A DNA stretch of 64,000 nt from Calditrichia bacterium (GCA_963777955.1 CAVZSQ010000022.1:320001-384000); one strand, 5' to 3'; counted from the first letter of the stretch, positions 11,056-21,651 are shown. Notes: generated by a model not told the origin, from the sequence alone. Made by a program: numbers and translations.

Positions 11056-11203
11056 TATTACTCCATATCAACTGCCTAATTACCCTGTTTCATCATAATA
11101 AGAATTATAAAATTATTATCTAAGGCGATGCATACGTTGTGGTAACATTGTTGAAATTAGTGCACATATTTTATATACTCAATTTAATATTTTCGCCTCC
11201 GGC

Positions 11204-11243
11204 GACCTACTTTTTGTCTGGCCAAAAAGTAGGCAAAAAGCCC
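11204..11243. repeat. Hairpin, small dispersed-repeat type or terminator
   Basis: CCTACTTTTTG-TCTGGC-CAAAAAGTAGG followed by a second CAAAAAG. Confidence 0.55.
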
Positions 11244-11350
11244 TTCGCGAATGGAAAATATGTTCTTGGTATCGAGATATGCAATTCTACCCATCAACAT
11301 TGTTAATAAATTATAAGGTCTGCATTAAAAATAAAATTCTCGGATGATAT

Positions 11351-11617
11351 TTAATTGGTTTTTTCTGTTAGTTTTGCCGTAAGTAAATTATAAATCCAGG
11401 CAAAAATGAAGCCGGTGATCAAACCGTCGAAAAATCCCCAAACCAATCCGATCAAACCACCACTGATGCTTAAATTGTAACCCCGGTAAATTTTACCAAT
11501 TAAGGTTGTCTGACCGGTCGGTCCATCTAACAGAATAATCCACCAGGTGAGCATCAAAAGTCCAAAGCCCCACAGCAGTCCGCAGGTAAGGGCAAAAGCT
11601 TTTACGTTTAATTTCAT
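11351..11617 (-). CDS. Small membrane protein resembling the family often annotated 'bacteriophage holin'
   Basis: MKLNVKAFALTCGLLWG...YRGY...G.LIGLVWGFFDG...FAWIYN; no phage genes nearby. Confidence 0.65.
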   Translation of the reverse strand: MKLNVKAFALTCGLLWGFGLLMLTWWIILLDGPTGQTTLIGKIYRGYNLSISGGLIGLVWGFFDGLITGFIFAWIYNLLTAKLTEKTN

Positions 11618-11776
11618 GGCTGAGCTCCTTTGTGTTGATTTTACTGAGAGTCTATATATGGATAAGAAGACAAGTATTGTTCATAGCAAGCTTCAATAAT
11701 ATCGTATATATTTTCTGCCGAAAAAAGGAAAATAATTAGTTCCGTGATGACTTATCGACTGTTGATGAGTAAATTG

Positions 11777-11811
11777 ACCACCTCCGAGGTTTGTAGAACC
11801 TCGGAGGTGGT
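11777..11811. repeat. REP doublet, copy 1 (upstream of recQ)
   Basis: ACCACCTCCGAGGTT-tgtag-AACCTCGGAGGTGGT, perfect 15-bp arms. Confidence 0.95.
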
Positions 11812-11842
11812 TGGTGCCTCAGTGCCATTAGTCCAACTGTAT

Positions 11843-13318
11843 ATGCAAAATCATATTGATATACTAAAAAAATACTTCTCCTTCACCTCCTACCGCGGGC
11901 CGCAGCAGGAGATCATCGAGCGTACTTTGCAAGGCAAGCATTCCCTGGTGATCATGCCCACGGGATCCGGAAAATCCCTGATCTACCAGATCCCGGCGTT
12001 ATTGCTTGAAGATCTGACCATTGTGATCTCACCCCTGATTGCCCTGATGAAAGATCAGGTGGATGTATTACGTCAGCGGGATATTGCGGCGGCTTTCGTC
12101 AATTCTTCACTTTCCAAGGAGCAGCGCTTGCGCCGTTACCGGGAGATACGGGAAGGCAAATATAAATTATTGTATGTAACTCCGGAGCGATTCCGGAAAT
12201 CTGATTTTGTAGAGGTGTTGCAGCAGCGCAAAATTTCATTACTGGCGGTGGACGAAGCACATTGCATCAGTGAATGGGGACACGATTTTCGTCCCGACTA
12301 TACCCGGCTGAGGGAATTCCGCCGGTTAATGCATGATCCTCCCACCCTGGCTCTCACGGCCACGGCAACTCCGGATGTGCAGCGGGATATCATCAAGCAA
12401 CTCGGCCTGTCACCCCGGGAAGTAAAATTATTTCACGAGGGCATCGAACGCGCTAATCTTTTCCTGGAAGTATTCGATCTGTGGGGGGAGCAGGAAAAAT
12501 TGAAACATATCCTGGATATCCTGGAACGGCATCCCGGAAATGGAATCATCTATTTTGTATTAATTAAAGATCTGCTGGTTATGAGTGAACATTTAAATCG
12601 TAGAAAAATTCGTCATTTGCGTTATCACGGTGATCTTCATGCCGAAGAACGGCGGCGCATCCAGGATAAATTCATGCAGCAGCAGGGGCAACTGGTGCTG
12701 GCCACCAATGCCTTCGGTCTGGGCATAGACAAGGAAAATATCCGTTATGTCATCCACAGCCAGGTACCGGCATCGCTGGAAGCATATTATCAGGAAATCG
12801 GACGGGCCGGACGGGATGGGCAACCTGCTGTCTGCAGTTTGTTGTATGATCAGCAGGATCTGAATATCCAACTCGAATTCATCAAGTGGAATAATCCTTC
12901 GGCCGGTTTTTATGACCGTCTGTACAAGTTGCTGCTGGCGGAGCGGGAGCGGGTTAACGGCGAGGGGATCGAATTTATGAGGGAACAACTCACTTTTAAA
13001 AATAAATTTGATTTCCGCTTGGAAACCGCACTGGGTATTCTGGACCGTTACGGAGTAACGGAAGGAGATATCGAAGCTAAAGATCTGCAGCTGATTGCTG
13101 AACTCCCTGAGGAATTAGCGGATCAGAGTCATCTGGACCTGAAACTGAAAAACGAACAGCAGAAATTATATCAACTGGTACAGTATGTAAAAGAGAAAAA
13201 TTGCCGCAAGGCATTTATTCATAAATATTTTGGCCTGGAATATCGGGTTGAATGCTCCAGTTGCGATTGCCATCAGTCCCACCTCGGAGGTTCGGAAAAC
13301 CTCCGAGGTGATAAGTAA
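11843..13318 (+). CDS. recQ: RecQ-family DNA helicase, short form without HRDC
   Basis: MPTGSGKS, DEAHCISEWGHDFRPDY, LTATA, QEIGRAGRDG and C-terminal Zn cysteines. Likely start ATG 11843, because the longer call reads through the REP. Confidence 0.92.
   Translation: MQNHIDILKKYFSFTSYRGPQQEIIERTLQGKHSLVIMPTGSGKSLIYQIPALLLEDLTIVISPLIALMKDQVDVLRQRDIAAAFVNSSLSKEQRLRRYREIREGKYKLLYVTPERFRKSDFVEVLQQRKISLLAVDEAHCISEWGHDFRPDYTRLREFRRLMHDPPTLALTATATPDVQRDIIKQLGLSPREVKLFHEGIERANLFLEVFDLWGEQEKLKHILDILERHPGNGIIYFVLIKDLLVMSEHLNRRKIRHLRYHGDLHAEERRRIQDKFMQQQGQLVLATNAFGLGIDKENIRYVIHSQVPASLEAYYQEIGRAGRDGQPAVCSLLYDQQDLNIQLEFIKWNNPSAGFYDRLYKLLLAERERVNGEGIEFMREQLTFKNKFDFRLETALGILDRYGVTEGDIEAKDLQLIAELPEELADQSHLDLKLKNEQQKLYQLVQYVKEKNCRKAFIHKYFGLEYRVECSSCDCHQSHLGGSENLRGDK
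13280..13310. repeat. REP doublet, copy 2 (in the recQ 3' end), variant
   Basis: CACCTCGGAGGTT-cggaa-AACCTCCGAGGTG; the central C/G is exchanged in both arms. Confidence 0.95.
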
Positions 13319-13396
13319 AAATTTGCTGTAAATAAATCAAATACTTAAATTTTATATAGTTACAAATGATATCCCTTAAGCTCTTTTGTAGAAAAT

Positions 13397-14155
13397 ATGC
13401 CAAATAATACCTCCCCAAAAATTAATTTGTCCAATCCGCTTGAGACTTCTCCCGGACCATCACGTGATAAGGTCTGGCTGATGTTCGATCGTATCGCCGG
13501 GAAATATGATTTACTTAATCACCTGTTGTCCTTTGGTCTGGATCTGCACTGGCGGAAAAAAATGTCCTGCTTCCTGCCGGCCGGAAATGGATTATCTTTT
13601 CTGGATCTGGCCACCGGCACTGGAGACCAGTTGATCTCCATCATGAATAGAACTGACCGTATACTCCAGGCTGTCGGCGTAGACATGTCCGCACAAATGC
13701 TGGAGATCGCCGGGAAGAAAATAAAGAAGTATAACTGGCACACTAAGGTGCACCTTCAATCGGGAGAAGGGGGTAAAATTGATTTTCCAGATAACACCTT
13801 TGATGTTGTGACGATAAGCTTCGGCATCAGGAACTTTAGCGATCTGCAACTCTCCTTAAGCGAAATATGGCGGGTTTTAAAACCGGCCGGGCGTCTGCTG
13901 ATCCTCGAATTTTCATTACCGCAGAATCCCGTCTTGCGCCGGCTGCATCTGTTCTATCTGCGCAGGATCTTGCCCTGCATTGGCCGGACAATTTCCGGCG
14001 ATGATTACGCCTATCGCTATCTGAACGAAACTATTGAAACTTTTCCGTACGGCGATTCGTTTTGTTCCCTGCTGAGCAAAAGTGGTTTTGCACAGGTTGA
14101 GGCCAAGGCATTGACCGGCGGGATTGTGATGATTTATCAGGGGGAGAAGGGGTAA
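13397..14155 (+). CDS. menG: Demethylmenaquinone methyltransferase
   Basis: MFDRIAGKYDLLNHLLSFGLD..W, LDLATGTGD, ISFGIRN (UbiE/MenG); first gene of the men cluster. Confidence 0.93.
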   Translation: MPNNTSPKINLSNPLETSPGPSRDKVWLMFDRIAGKYDLLNHLLSFGLDLHWRKKMSCFLPAGNGLSFLDLATGTGDQLISIMNRTDRILQAVGVDMSAQMLEIAGKKIKKYNWHTKVHLQSGEGGKIDFPDNTFDVVTISFGIRNFSDLQLSLSEIWRVLKPAGRLLILEFSLPQNPVLRRLHLFYLRRILPCIGRTISGDDYAYRYLNETIETFPYGDSFCSLLSKSGFAQVEAKALTGGIVMIYQGEKG

Positions 14156-14215
14156 AAAGAAGGCACAGAGGCGCAAAGGCACAAAGTGAGGGTAAAGGGA
14201 AAAGGGTAAAGGGTC

Positions 14216-14240
14216 GTAGGAGGCGCTTCCTAGCGCCGAT
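14216..14240 (+). repeat. GTAG-tagged REP-like palindrome
   Basis: GTAGGAGGCGCTTCCTAGCGCCGAT (GGCGCT/AGCGCC stem), preceded by GGCACAGA/GGCGCAAA/GGCACAAA 8-mers. Confidence 0.65.
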
Positions 14241-14266
14241 ATAATTAAAAGGTTTACAACATACTC

Positions 14267-15682
14267 ATGGTAACTAAAAAGTCAGTTCATTTTACAGATC
14301 AGGAAATCGATCGGCTTAAAATAAAAATTTTAAAAAAAATGGATAAAAAAGTTTTTTCTCCCCGCTACAAGGGTAAACCGGATATTTGTAGTATAAAATT
14401 TTCTGTTAAACCGGTAGACCCCCTCCACTGGCTGCAGGCTCAGTCTATTCATCCTAAAATTTACTGGTGTGACCGGAAACAGGATTTCGAATTGGCGGGT
14501 ATCGGCCAGGCTGATCTGATCAGCAGTCGCGCAGTTACTGATCTGTCCAAAATGTTTAACTCCGTACGCAAATCCATAGCACTGGCCGGCAAATCGATCC
14601 GCTATTTTGGCGGCATGTCTTTTGATATTCACGGTAAAAATGAACGCTGCTGGAATTCGTTCGGTAATTTTTATTTTCTGCTGCCCCGTTTTGAACTAAT
14701 CAAACAACGCGGGCAGACCTCGCTGGTGATAAATTTTCACTTTGCTGATCAGCAGGATTTTGAATTGCAGCGTCAAACCCTGCCGGAGGATCTGGAACGT
14801 ATTGTTTCTCGGTTTAGCGGAAAAACTGAAAAAATTCCGCAGCTGCTTAACTGTGAATTTAATCCCGGCCGGACTCATTGGAATAATATGATCAGGATGG
14901 CCCTGAATGAGATTGAAGGGGGCTGCTTTGAAAAAATCGTGTTGGCCCGCCAGTCCAAATTTGAGTTTGCCGCCCCGCTGAATGCTTTTACCCTGCTGCA
15001 GCAACTGCAGCAACTCGATCCCGCTAATGTATATTTTTATCTGCAACCGCAGGCAGATACCTGTTTTATCTGCGGGACGCCGGAGTTACTCTATGCCAGG
15101 CAGGGTAGAAATATCAGCAGTGAAGCCGTGGCCGCTACCCGCCTGCGTGGCAAAAATGGACAGGAAGAGCAACGATTGGAACAGGAATTATTAACCAGCC
15201 CCAAAGATATAAAAGAACACTGGTACGTGCTGAAGAGTCTGAACGATCGTTTAAATCCGCTCTGCCAGCGTCTTGCACAACAGGGTAAAACAACGGTTTT
15301 AAAACAAGCCCGCATTCAACATTTATATGCTCAATTAAAAGGGGTATTAAAACAAAATATCTCTGATGATACGATTATTCTGAATTTACACCCGACACCG
15401 GCCGTAGGCGGTTATCCTACCCAACCGGCCCTGACCCGCCTGAAAACACTGGAACCCTTTGATCGAGGCTGGTATGCCGCGCCGGTGGGCTGGATCGGCA
15501 GCCAGTCGGCTAAATTTGTGGTCGCCATCCGTTCAGGCCTGATTTGTGCGAATCAGCTGGTCTTATTCAGTGGAGCCGGAATTGTCAGAGGATCGCAGGC
15601 GCAAGCGGAATGGAATGAAACCAATAATAAAATTGCCAGTTATTTAAAAGTTCTCAGAATCAAAGAAGATATTAATTCTTAA
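14267..15682 (+). CDS. menF: Isochorismate synthase
   Basis: KIVLAR, TPELL, KDIKEH, LHPTPAVGG, DRGWYA, GAGIV.GS chorismate-binding motifs. Confidence 0.92.
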   Translation: MVTKKSVHFTDQEIDRLKIKILKKMDKKVFSPRYKGKPDICSIKFSVKPVDPLHWLQAQSIHPKIYWCDRKQDFELAGIGQADLISSRAVTDLSKMFNSVRKSIALAGKSIRYFGGMSFDIHGKNERCWNSFGNFYFLLPRFELIKQRGQTSLVINFHFADQQDFELQRQTLPEDLERIVSRFSGKTEKIPQLLNCEFNPGRTHWNNMIRMALNEIEGGCFEKIVLARQSKFEFAAPLNAFTLLQQLQQLDPANVYFYLQPQADTCFICGTPELLYARQGRNISSEAVAATRLRGKNGQEEQRLEQELLTSPKDIKEHWYVLKSLNDRLNPLCQRLAQQGKTTVLKQARIQHLYAQLKGVLKQNISDDTIILNLHPTPAVGGYPTQPALTRLKTLEPFDRGWYAAPVGWIGSQSAKFVVAIRSGLICANQLVLFSGAGIVRGSQAQAEWNETNNKIASYLKVLRIKEDINS

Positions 15683-15766
15683 TCACCGAGATATATACTA
15701 TTCGCTGTTGTTTTTTTAGATCAGATCAAATAAATTTAGGTCGCATTCATATATTTTTGATTTGGA

Positions 15767-17521
15767 GTGGCGATTCATAAAACTAATCTAAACCTGCTCT
15801 GGGGTGATTTGATCATCGCAGAACTGACCCGCGCCGGAATCAGTTATTTCTGTATTTCACCCGGTTCCCGTTCCACTCCGCTAACGGTTGCTGCCGCCTC
15901 AAATAAAAAAGTTCAGACTGTTATCTGTTACGATGAACGGGCTGCGGGCTTTCAGGCCCTCGGTTATGCCCGGGCCGCGGGTAAACCGGCAGTGCTGATC
16001 TGCACTTCGGGTACCGCCGTGGCCAATTATTATCCGGCGGTAATTGAAGCTCACCAATCAGTTTTACCGCTGATCATACTCAGCGCCGACCGGCCTCCGG
16101 AACTGAGAGCCACCGCTGCTAATCAGACTATCGATCAGGTCAAAATGTTCGGGAATTACCTGAACTGGCAGTTTGATCTGCCCTGCCCGGATGAAAAAAT
16201 TCCTGTCGCCAACCTGTTAGCGCTGGTGGACCAGGCGGTCTACAGAACTTCCCGTTCACCGGCCGGGCCCGTACAGATTAACTGCATGTTTCGCGAACCG
16301 TTCGAACCCGATCATCAGAAAATCTCGGCTGAATATATCGCCAGCGCCGAGAAGTACCAGCGCAACAAGCAGCCACTAACAGTATACCATCAGCCACAAT
16401 CAGTACCCGCAGACGCGGATTTGACCGGACTGCAGACGAAACTGCAAAGTTCTGAACGGAATCTGCTGGTGCTGGGACGGTTAAGCGGACCCAAATCGAA
16501 CGATCATATGCTTGAACTGATTCATAAACTCAACTGGCCGGTCATTGCGGACATTACCTCGGGATTACGGGCTTCCATCTCCGAGCGATTACGCCTGAAT
16601 TACTATGATCAACTATTGTTAAGTAAATCTTTTCAACAGGAATTAAAACCCGAGCGTGTTTTGCATTTAGGCGGACCGCTGACCTCTAAACGTTATGCCG
16701 CCTTTATCAGCGAGCTGGCAGTAGCTGATTATATACAGGTGGGAAATAATCCCTACCGCCAGGATGCGCAGAATGTTGTAACTGAACGTTTTGAATGCGA
16801 TCTGAATGAGTTCTGTTTCCGTTTGATTTCCCTGCTGCAGTCCGGCCAGGACCAGTCAAGGGTAAAACGTTTAAAACAGTATGATCAGAAAGCAGAGCAG
16901 CTGCTCGCTGGATTTATTAATTCTCCAAAAACCATTTCTGAGATCGGAGTAGCCTATCTGATCGCCCACCATATTCCCCCCGCTTACGGATTGTTTCTGG
17001 CCAACAGTATGCCGATTCGCGATATGGATATGTTTGCCTGTTTTAAATCGACCGGTGTATCGATTGCAGCCAACCGCGGGGCCAGCGGCATAGATGGCAA
17101 CCTGGCCTCGGCCTGCGGCTACGCCGCAGGATTATGCTGGCCGGTGACCGTGCTCATCGGCGATCTGGCCCTGATCCATGATCTGAACTCCCTGGAACTG
17201 GTCAGAAAATTAAACGTACCGCTGATCATCATCGCCATCAATAATCATGGCGGCGGGATCTTCTCGTTTTTACCGGCAGTAAAATTTTCGCAGATCTTCG
17301 AATCGCACTTCGCCACCAGCCATGATCTTGGTTTCAAACCAGCTGCCGAAATGTTTGGTCTAAACTATTACCGGCCGGTCACCAATGCGCAGTTTATCGA
17401 AATCTATCAGCAATGTCTGCAGAACGGAAAAGCGGCATTCATCGAGATTATCACCGACAGGGCAAAAAATCTGGAAGAGCATCAGGAGATACAAAAACAA
17501 TTCAGACTTATAACCGCGTAA
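15767..17521 (+). CDS. menD: SEPHCHC synthase
   Basis: SPGSRSTPL, DERAAGF, CTSGTAVAN, ADRPPEL, NRGASGIDG, GDL...NNHGGGIF. Confidence 0.95.
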   Translation: MAIHKTNLNLLWGDLIIAELTRAGISYFCISPGSRSTPLTVAAASNKKVQTVICYDERAAGFQALGYARAAGKPAVLICTSGTAVANYYPAVIEAHQSVLPLIILSADRPPELRATAANQTIDQVKMFGNYLNWQFDLPCPDEKIPVANLLALVDQAVYRTSRSPAGPVQINCMFREPFEPDHQKISAEYIASAEKYQRNKQPLTVYHQPQSVPADADLTGLQTKLQSSERNLLVLGRLSGPKSNDHMLELIHKLNWPVIADITSGLRASISERLRLNYYDQLLLSKSFQQELKPERVLHLGGPLTSKRYAAFISELAVADYIQVGNNPYRQDAQNVVTERFECDLNEFCFRLISLLQSGQDQSRVKRLKQYDQKAEQLLAGFINSPKTISEIGVAYLIAHHIPPAYGLFLANSMPIRDMDMFACFKSTGVSIAANRGASGIDGNLASACGYAAGLCWPVTVLIGDLALIHDLNSLELVRKLNVPLIIIAINNHGGGIFSFLPAVKFSQIFESHFATSHDLGFKPAAEMFGLNYYRPVTNAQFIEIYQQCLQNGKAAFIEIITDRAKNLEEHQEIQKQFRLITA

Positions 17522-17525
17522 ATCA

Positions 17526-18339
17526 GTGCACAAGCAGAAATATCATTTCAATTATGTTCTGGTTGGCGATCCGCTCCGTCCGGTAATTGTTCTGCTGCAT
17601 GGTTTTCTGGGCTCGATTGCCGACTGGCGGCAAATGCTGCTGGAATTCAGTTTGGACTATTATTGTCTGGCAATTGATCTTCCCGGCCATGGTCAAACCC
17701 GGGTTGAAGGTGACGAATCCCTATACACAATTCCCGGGTGTGCAGCAGGTATCATCGAGCTGCTTGACAAACTGGAGCTCAACCAGGCAATCTTGCTGGG
17801 ATATTCAATGGGCGGGCGTCTGGCTTTGTATCTGGCGGTACACTATCCAGAACGCTGCTCCAGGCTGGTTATCGAATCCACCTCACCTGGTCTGCCCAAC
17901 GCCGTGGAAAAAAAGGAACGCTGGCAGGAAGATCAGAAACGGATTGCTGAACTGGAACAGGGGGATATGCAGAAATTTGTTAAAACCTGGTATGAACAGC
18001 CGATCTTTACAGTCTTTGCAGCGTCATCCTCAATTTGCAGAGTTGCAGCGCAGGCGTGGTCAGAATGATCCGGTTAAAATCGCCCGCAGTTTGCGGGGCA
18101 TGAGTGCCGGTAAACAGAAATCACTATGGAATAAATTAAACGAAATCCCTTTACCCATCATGATGCTGGTCGGTGAATATGATCCTAAATATAAAAAGAT
18201 TGGTACGGAGATGAAACAACGGTGTCCGGCGCTGGAGTTGAGAGTGGTCGAAAATTGCGGCCACCTGATCCATTTTGAAAATCCTCAACTGTATGCGCAT
18301 TATATCAGACAATTTTTAGAGGCACCGCAACATTCGTAA
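17526..18339 (+). CDS. menH: SHCHC synthase (alpha/beta hydrolase), frameshift near 18010
   Basis: LHGFLG, DLPGHG, GYSMGGR, WYEQPIF in the first frame; LVGEYDPKY and GHLIHFENP in the second. Confidence 0.9.
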
Positions 18340-18351
18340 GGAGGACAGGAC

Positions 18352-19173
18352 ATGGCTGCCATCCAATGGCACGAAGCCGGTAAGTATACCGATATTAAAT
18401 ATCATAAGGCTGCAGGAATTGCCAAAATAACTATCAACCGTCCGCGGGTACGCAATGCCTTTCGCCCACTGACCGTCGCAGAAATGATGCAGGTATTAGA
18501 AGATGCCCGTAATGATAATAAGATCGGGGTTATCATTCTGACCGGAACAGGGCCCGCTGCTTTTTGTTCCGGCGGCGACCAGAAAATCCGCGGTGCTGCC
18601 GGGTACGTGGATGAACAGGGAGTACACCGCTTGAATGTACTGGATTTTCAGCGGCAGATCCGCACCTGCCCGAAACCCGTTATCGCCATGGTGGCCGGTT
18701 ACGCTATCGGCGGGGGACAGGTACTGCAGGTGATGTGTGACCTGACCATAGCAGCGGAGAATGCGATATTCGGGCAAACCGGTCCGCGGGTAGGTTCCTT
18801 TGACGGCGGTTACGGAGCAAGTTACCTGGCCCGGGTTGTCGGACAGAAAAAAGCGCGGGAGATCTGGTTTTTGTGCCGCCAGTATAACGCCCAGCAGGCT
18901 CTGGAGATGGGATTGGTAAATGCTGTTGTTCCCCTGGAACGATTGGAACAGGAAACAATTCAGTGGTGCCGTGAAATCCTGGCCAATTCACCCATGGCTG
19001 TTCGCTGCCTGAAAGCGGCGCTGAATGCCGACTGCGACGGTCAGGCCGGCTTGCAGGAATTAGCCGGGAATGCCACAATGTTATTCTACATGTCCGAGGA
19101 AGGGCAGGAAGGGCGTAATGCCTTTGTGGAAAAAAGAAAACCGGATTTTTCGAAGTTTCCGAAGAGGCCATAA
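18352..19173 (+). CDS. menB: 1,4-dihydroxy-2-naphthoyl-CoA synthase
   Basis: [42 protein letters not shown]. Confidence 0.97.
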   Translation: MAAIQWHEAGKYTDIKYHKAAGIAKITINRPRVRNAFRPLTVAEMMQVLEDARNDNKIGVIILTGTGPAAFCSGGDQKIRGAAGYVDEQGVHRLNVLDFQRQIRTCPKPVIAMVAGYAIGGGQVLQVMCDLTIAAENAIFGQTGPRVGSFDGGYGASYLARVVGQKKAREIWFLCRQYNAQQALEMGLVNAVVPLERLEQETIQWCREILANSPMAVRCLKAALNADCDGQAGLQELAGNATMLFYMSEEGQEGRNAFVEKRKPDFSKFPKRP

Positions 19174-19175
19174 TC

Positions 19176-19259
19176 AAAGGACAAAGGGACAAAGGGACAA
19201 CCCACCCCACACCCCTCCCTTTCAGCCAACAGGTTGAAAGGGAGGGGCTGGGGGAGGGT
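19176..19259. repeat. CAAAGGGA 8-mer repeats plus C-tract/G-tract inverted repeat
   Basis: CAAAGGACAAAGGGACAAAGGGACAA then ACCCACCCCACACCCCTCCCTTTCA...TGAAAGGGAGGGGCTGGGGGAGGGT. Confidence 0.75.
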
Positions 19260-19279
19260 AACCGAGAGCAAAAACAAAA

Positions 19280-20161
19280 ATGTACACAAGTATAAATATC
19301 TGGTTATCCGCAGCCCGGCCAAAAACACTGTGGGCTTCAATTGCCCCGGTCATCATCGGCACTGCCATGGCCTGCAGTTATGGAATGGTTAACTGGCTGA
19401 CCGCTGTTGTAACGCTGCTCTCGGCTATGTCGATCCAGATTGCCACGAATTTTGCCAATGACTATTATGATTATATGCATGGTGTTGATACCCGGGAACG
19501 ATTGGGACCTGTGCGCGCCACGGGTAGTGGCCTGGTCCTGCCGCAGCAGATGAAATGGGCTTTTATCTTGACCTTTATCCTGGCTTTTATACTTGGCCTG
19601 TACCTGATTTACCAGGGTGGCTGGCCCATACTGATCATTGGCCTCTGCTCGATCCTGTTCGGAATATTGTATACCAGCGGACCATATCCGCTGAGTTACA
19701 ACGGTTTGGGTGATATCTTTGTATTGATCTTCTTCGGACCCGTGGCCGTGGGCGGAACTTATTATTTACAGACATTACAAATTACCTGGCCGGTAATACT
19801 GGCCGGATTTTCGCCAGGTCTGATCTCGACTGCTTTGCTGACAGTAAACAATCTGCGCGATATCCATACCGACCGGAAAAGCGGGAAAAGAACTCTGGCA
19901 GTTCGTTTCGGAGAAAGATTTTCCCGCCTGGAATATGTTCTGGCCATATTTATGGCCTGTATTATTCCTGCAGTATTGATCTTCCTTGAACCCGGACATA
20001 AGTATGTTCTCGGAACAAGCCTGGTCTTCATCCTGGCTTTACCTTCGATTAAAGCGGTTTTATTCCGGGAGATTGATAACAGGTTGAATCTGGTCCTGGC
20101 TAAAACCGGCGTACTATTATTGTCATACAGCATTATTTTTTCCCTGGGCTGGATTATTTAA
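19280..20161 (+). CDS. menA: DHNA polyprenyltransferase
   Basis: ARPKTL, NFANDYYD, NNLRD..TD...GKRTLAVRFG; multiple TM segments. Confidence 0.95.
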   Translation: MYTSINIWLSAARPKTLWASIAPVIIGTAMACSYGMVNWLTAVVTLLSAMSIQIATNFANDYYDYMHGVDTRERLGPVRATGSGLVLPQQMKWAFILTFILAFILGLYLIYQGGWPILIIGLCSILFGILYTSGPYPLSYNGLGDIFVLIFFGPVAVGGTYYLQTLQITWPVILAGFSPGLISTALLTVNNLRDIHTDRKSGKRTLAVRFGERFSRLEYVLAIFMACIIPAVLIFLEPGHKYVLGTSLVFILALPSIKAVLFREIDNRLNLVLAKTGVLLLSYSIIFSLGWII

Positions 20162-20204
20162 ACATCACCCGGATAAAAATTAACACGGTCAGACAGGTTG
20201 GAAA

Positions 20205-21651
20205 ATGTCACAATCGGCACTGGCAGTTTCAAGCATCTGTGAAAAATACGCAGCGGAAACAGCGCTCCGCTATAATAATCGCGACATCACTTACTGTGAG
20301 TATCATGAATGGATTTTAAAAGCAGCAGCCGGATTAAAACAGGCCGGAATCAAGAAAGGTGACCGGGTAGCGCTGCTGGCGGAGAATTCGTTTCATCTTG
20401 CTCTGTTGATTTTTGCCCTGTTCAGCCTGGGCGCCGTGGCGGTACCGGTGAATTTCAGATTTCCACTGCAGCAGATCAAGGCAATGCTTCGTTCCATCAA
20501 TTGCCGCCGGGTATTTATATCAAAAAAGTTCGACCGCAAATTTGCCGGTATGGCCTTGCCGGTAATACAAATAGAAAAGTTTATCACAGAACTTAAGCAG
20601 ATCGGTTCGCCCGCAGGAGTGATAAATCTGAAACTGGATCAGGCAGCGACGATCATGTTTACCTCCGGCAGCAGCGGGCACCCCAAGGCCGCCCTGCTTA
20701 CCATCGGAAATCATTATTATAATGCACTGGGTTCCAATGAGCATATCCGTTTAAAACCGGGTGATCGCTGGCTGCTGGCTTTGCCGCTGTTTCATGTGGG
20801 CGGACTGGCGATCCTGTTCCGGACTTTTCTTTCCGGTGCGGCCAGTGTGCTGATGCCCGGAAATGCAAATCTGGCAAAAGTAATCCCCAGGCAGAATATC
20901 ACTCACCTGTCTCTGGTTCCGGCACAGTTATACCGGCTTCTGGCTGAACAACATATGACTAAGTTTCTGCCGCACCTGAAAGCAATTCTGCTAGGCGGCG
21001 GACCGTCGGCAGAAACCCTGATCGAAGAAGCAGTCGGGAAACATTTACCCCTCTATCTAACCTACGGTCTGACCGAGACGGCCTCGCAGGTAGCCACTAC
21101 CAAACAACTGTTGAGCAGTAACAGACCTGACCATAGCAATGCCGGACGAATTTTATTATATCGCAAGTTGAAAATAAATAAACAAGGGGAGATACTGGTC
21201 AAGGGATCAACCCTGTTTAAGGGTTATATAAGGAATCAGCGGATGTACTTACCGCTCGATAGAAACGGCTGGTTCCATACCGGCGATCTGGGTAAGATCG
21301 ATTCACGGGGTAATCTGCTTGTGCTGGGACGCAAAGATAACATGTTCATCTCAGGGGGTGAAAATATATATCCCGAAGAAATTGAACGGATTTTGAGAGA
21401 GATAAAGGGGATAGCAGATACACTGGTAGTGCCGGTGCCGGACAAGGAGTTCGGCCAGCGGCCAGTGGCCTTTATAAAGTCAGACTAAAGGTGCAAAGAT
21501 AGAAGCGCAACAGTTACGGACCTGTTTGCAGAAAAAAATTGCCCGATATAAAATTCCAATATTCTTCCTGCACTGGCCAAAGAATTATGCTGCCTGGAAA
21601 CCACAGCGTAAAGATTTTATGATTATGGCCCGGACTACTTTAATCTTTGAT
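20205..21651 (+). CDS. menE: O-succinylbenzoate-CoA ligase, frameshift near 21480
   Basis: FTSGSSGHPK, YGLTETASQV, TGDLG, GRKDNMFISGGENIYPEEIE. The next frame continues LQKKIARYKIP...KPQRKDF to TGA 21651. Confidence 0.92.

Noticed and set aside
11351..11617. Holin-like gene as evidence of a prophage
   Set aside because: No endolysin, integrase, terminase or structural genes anywhere in the window.
11744..11842. N-terminal extension of RecQ (TTSEVCRTSEVV)
   Set aside because: It is the translation of the REP doublet; RecQ similarity begins at ATG 11843.
17526..18339. Programmed frameshifting in menH and other split genes
   Set aside because: No consistent slippery site or stimulatory structure; the window-wide indel rate explains the splits.
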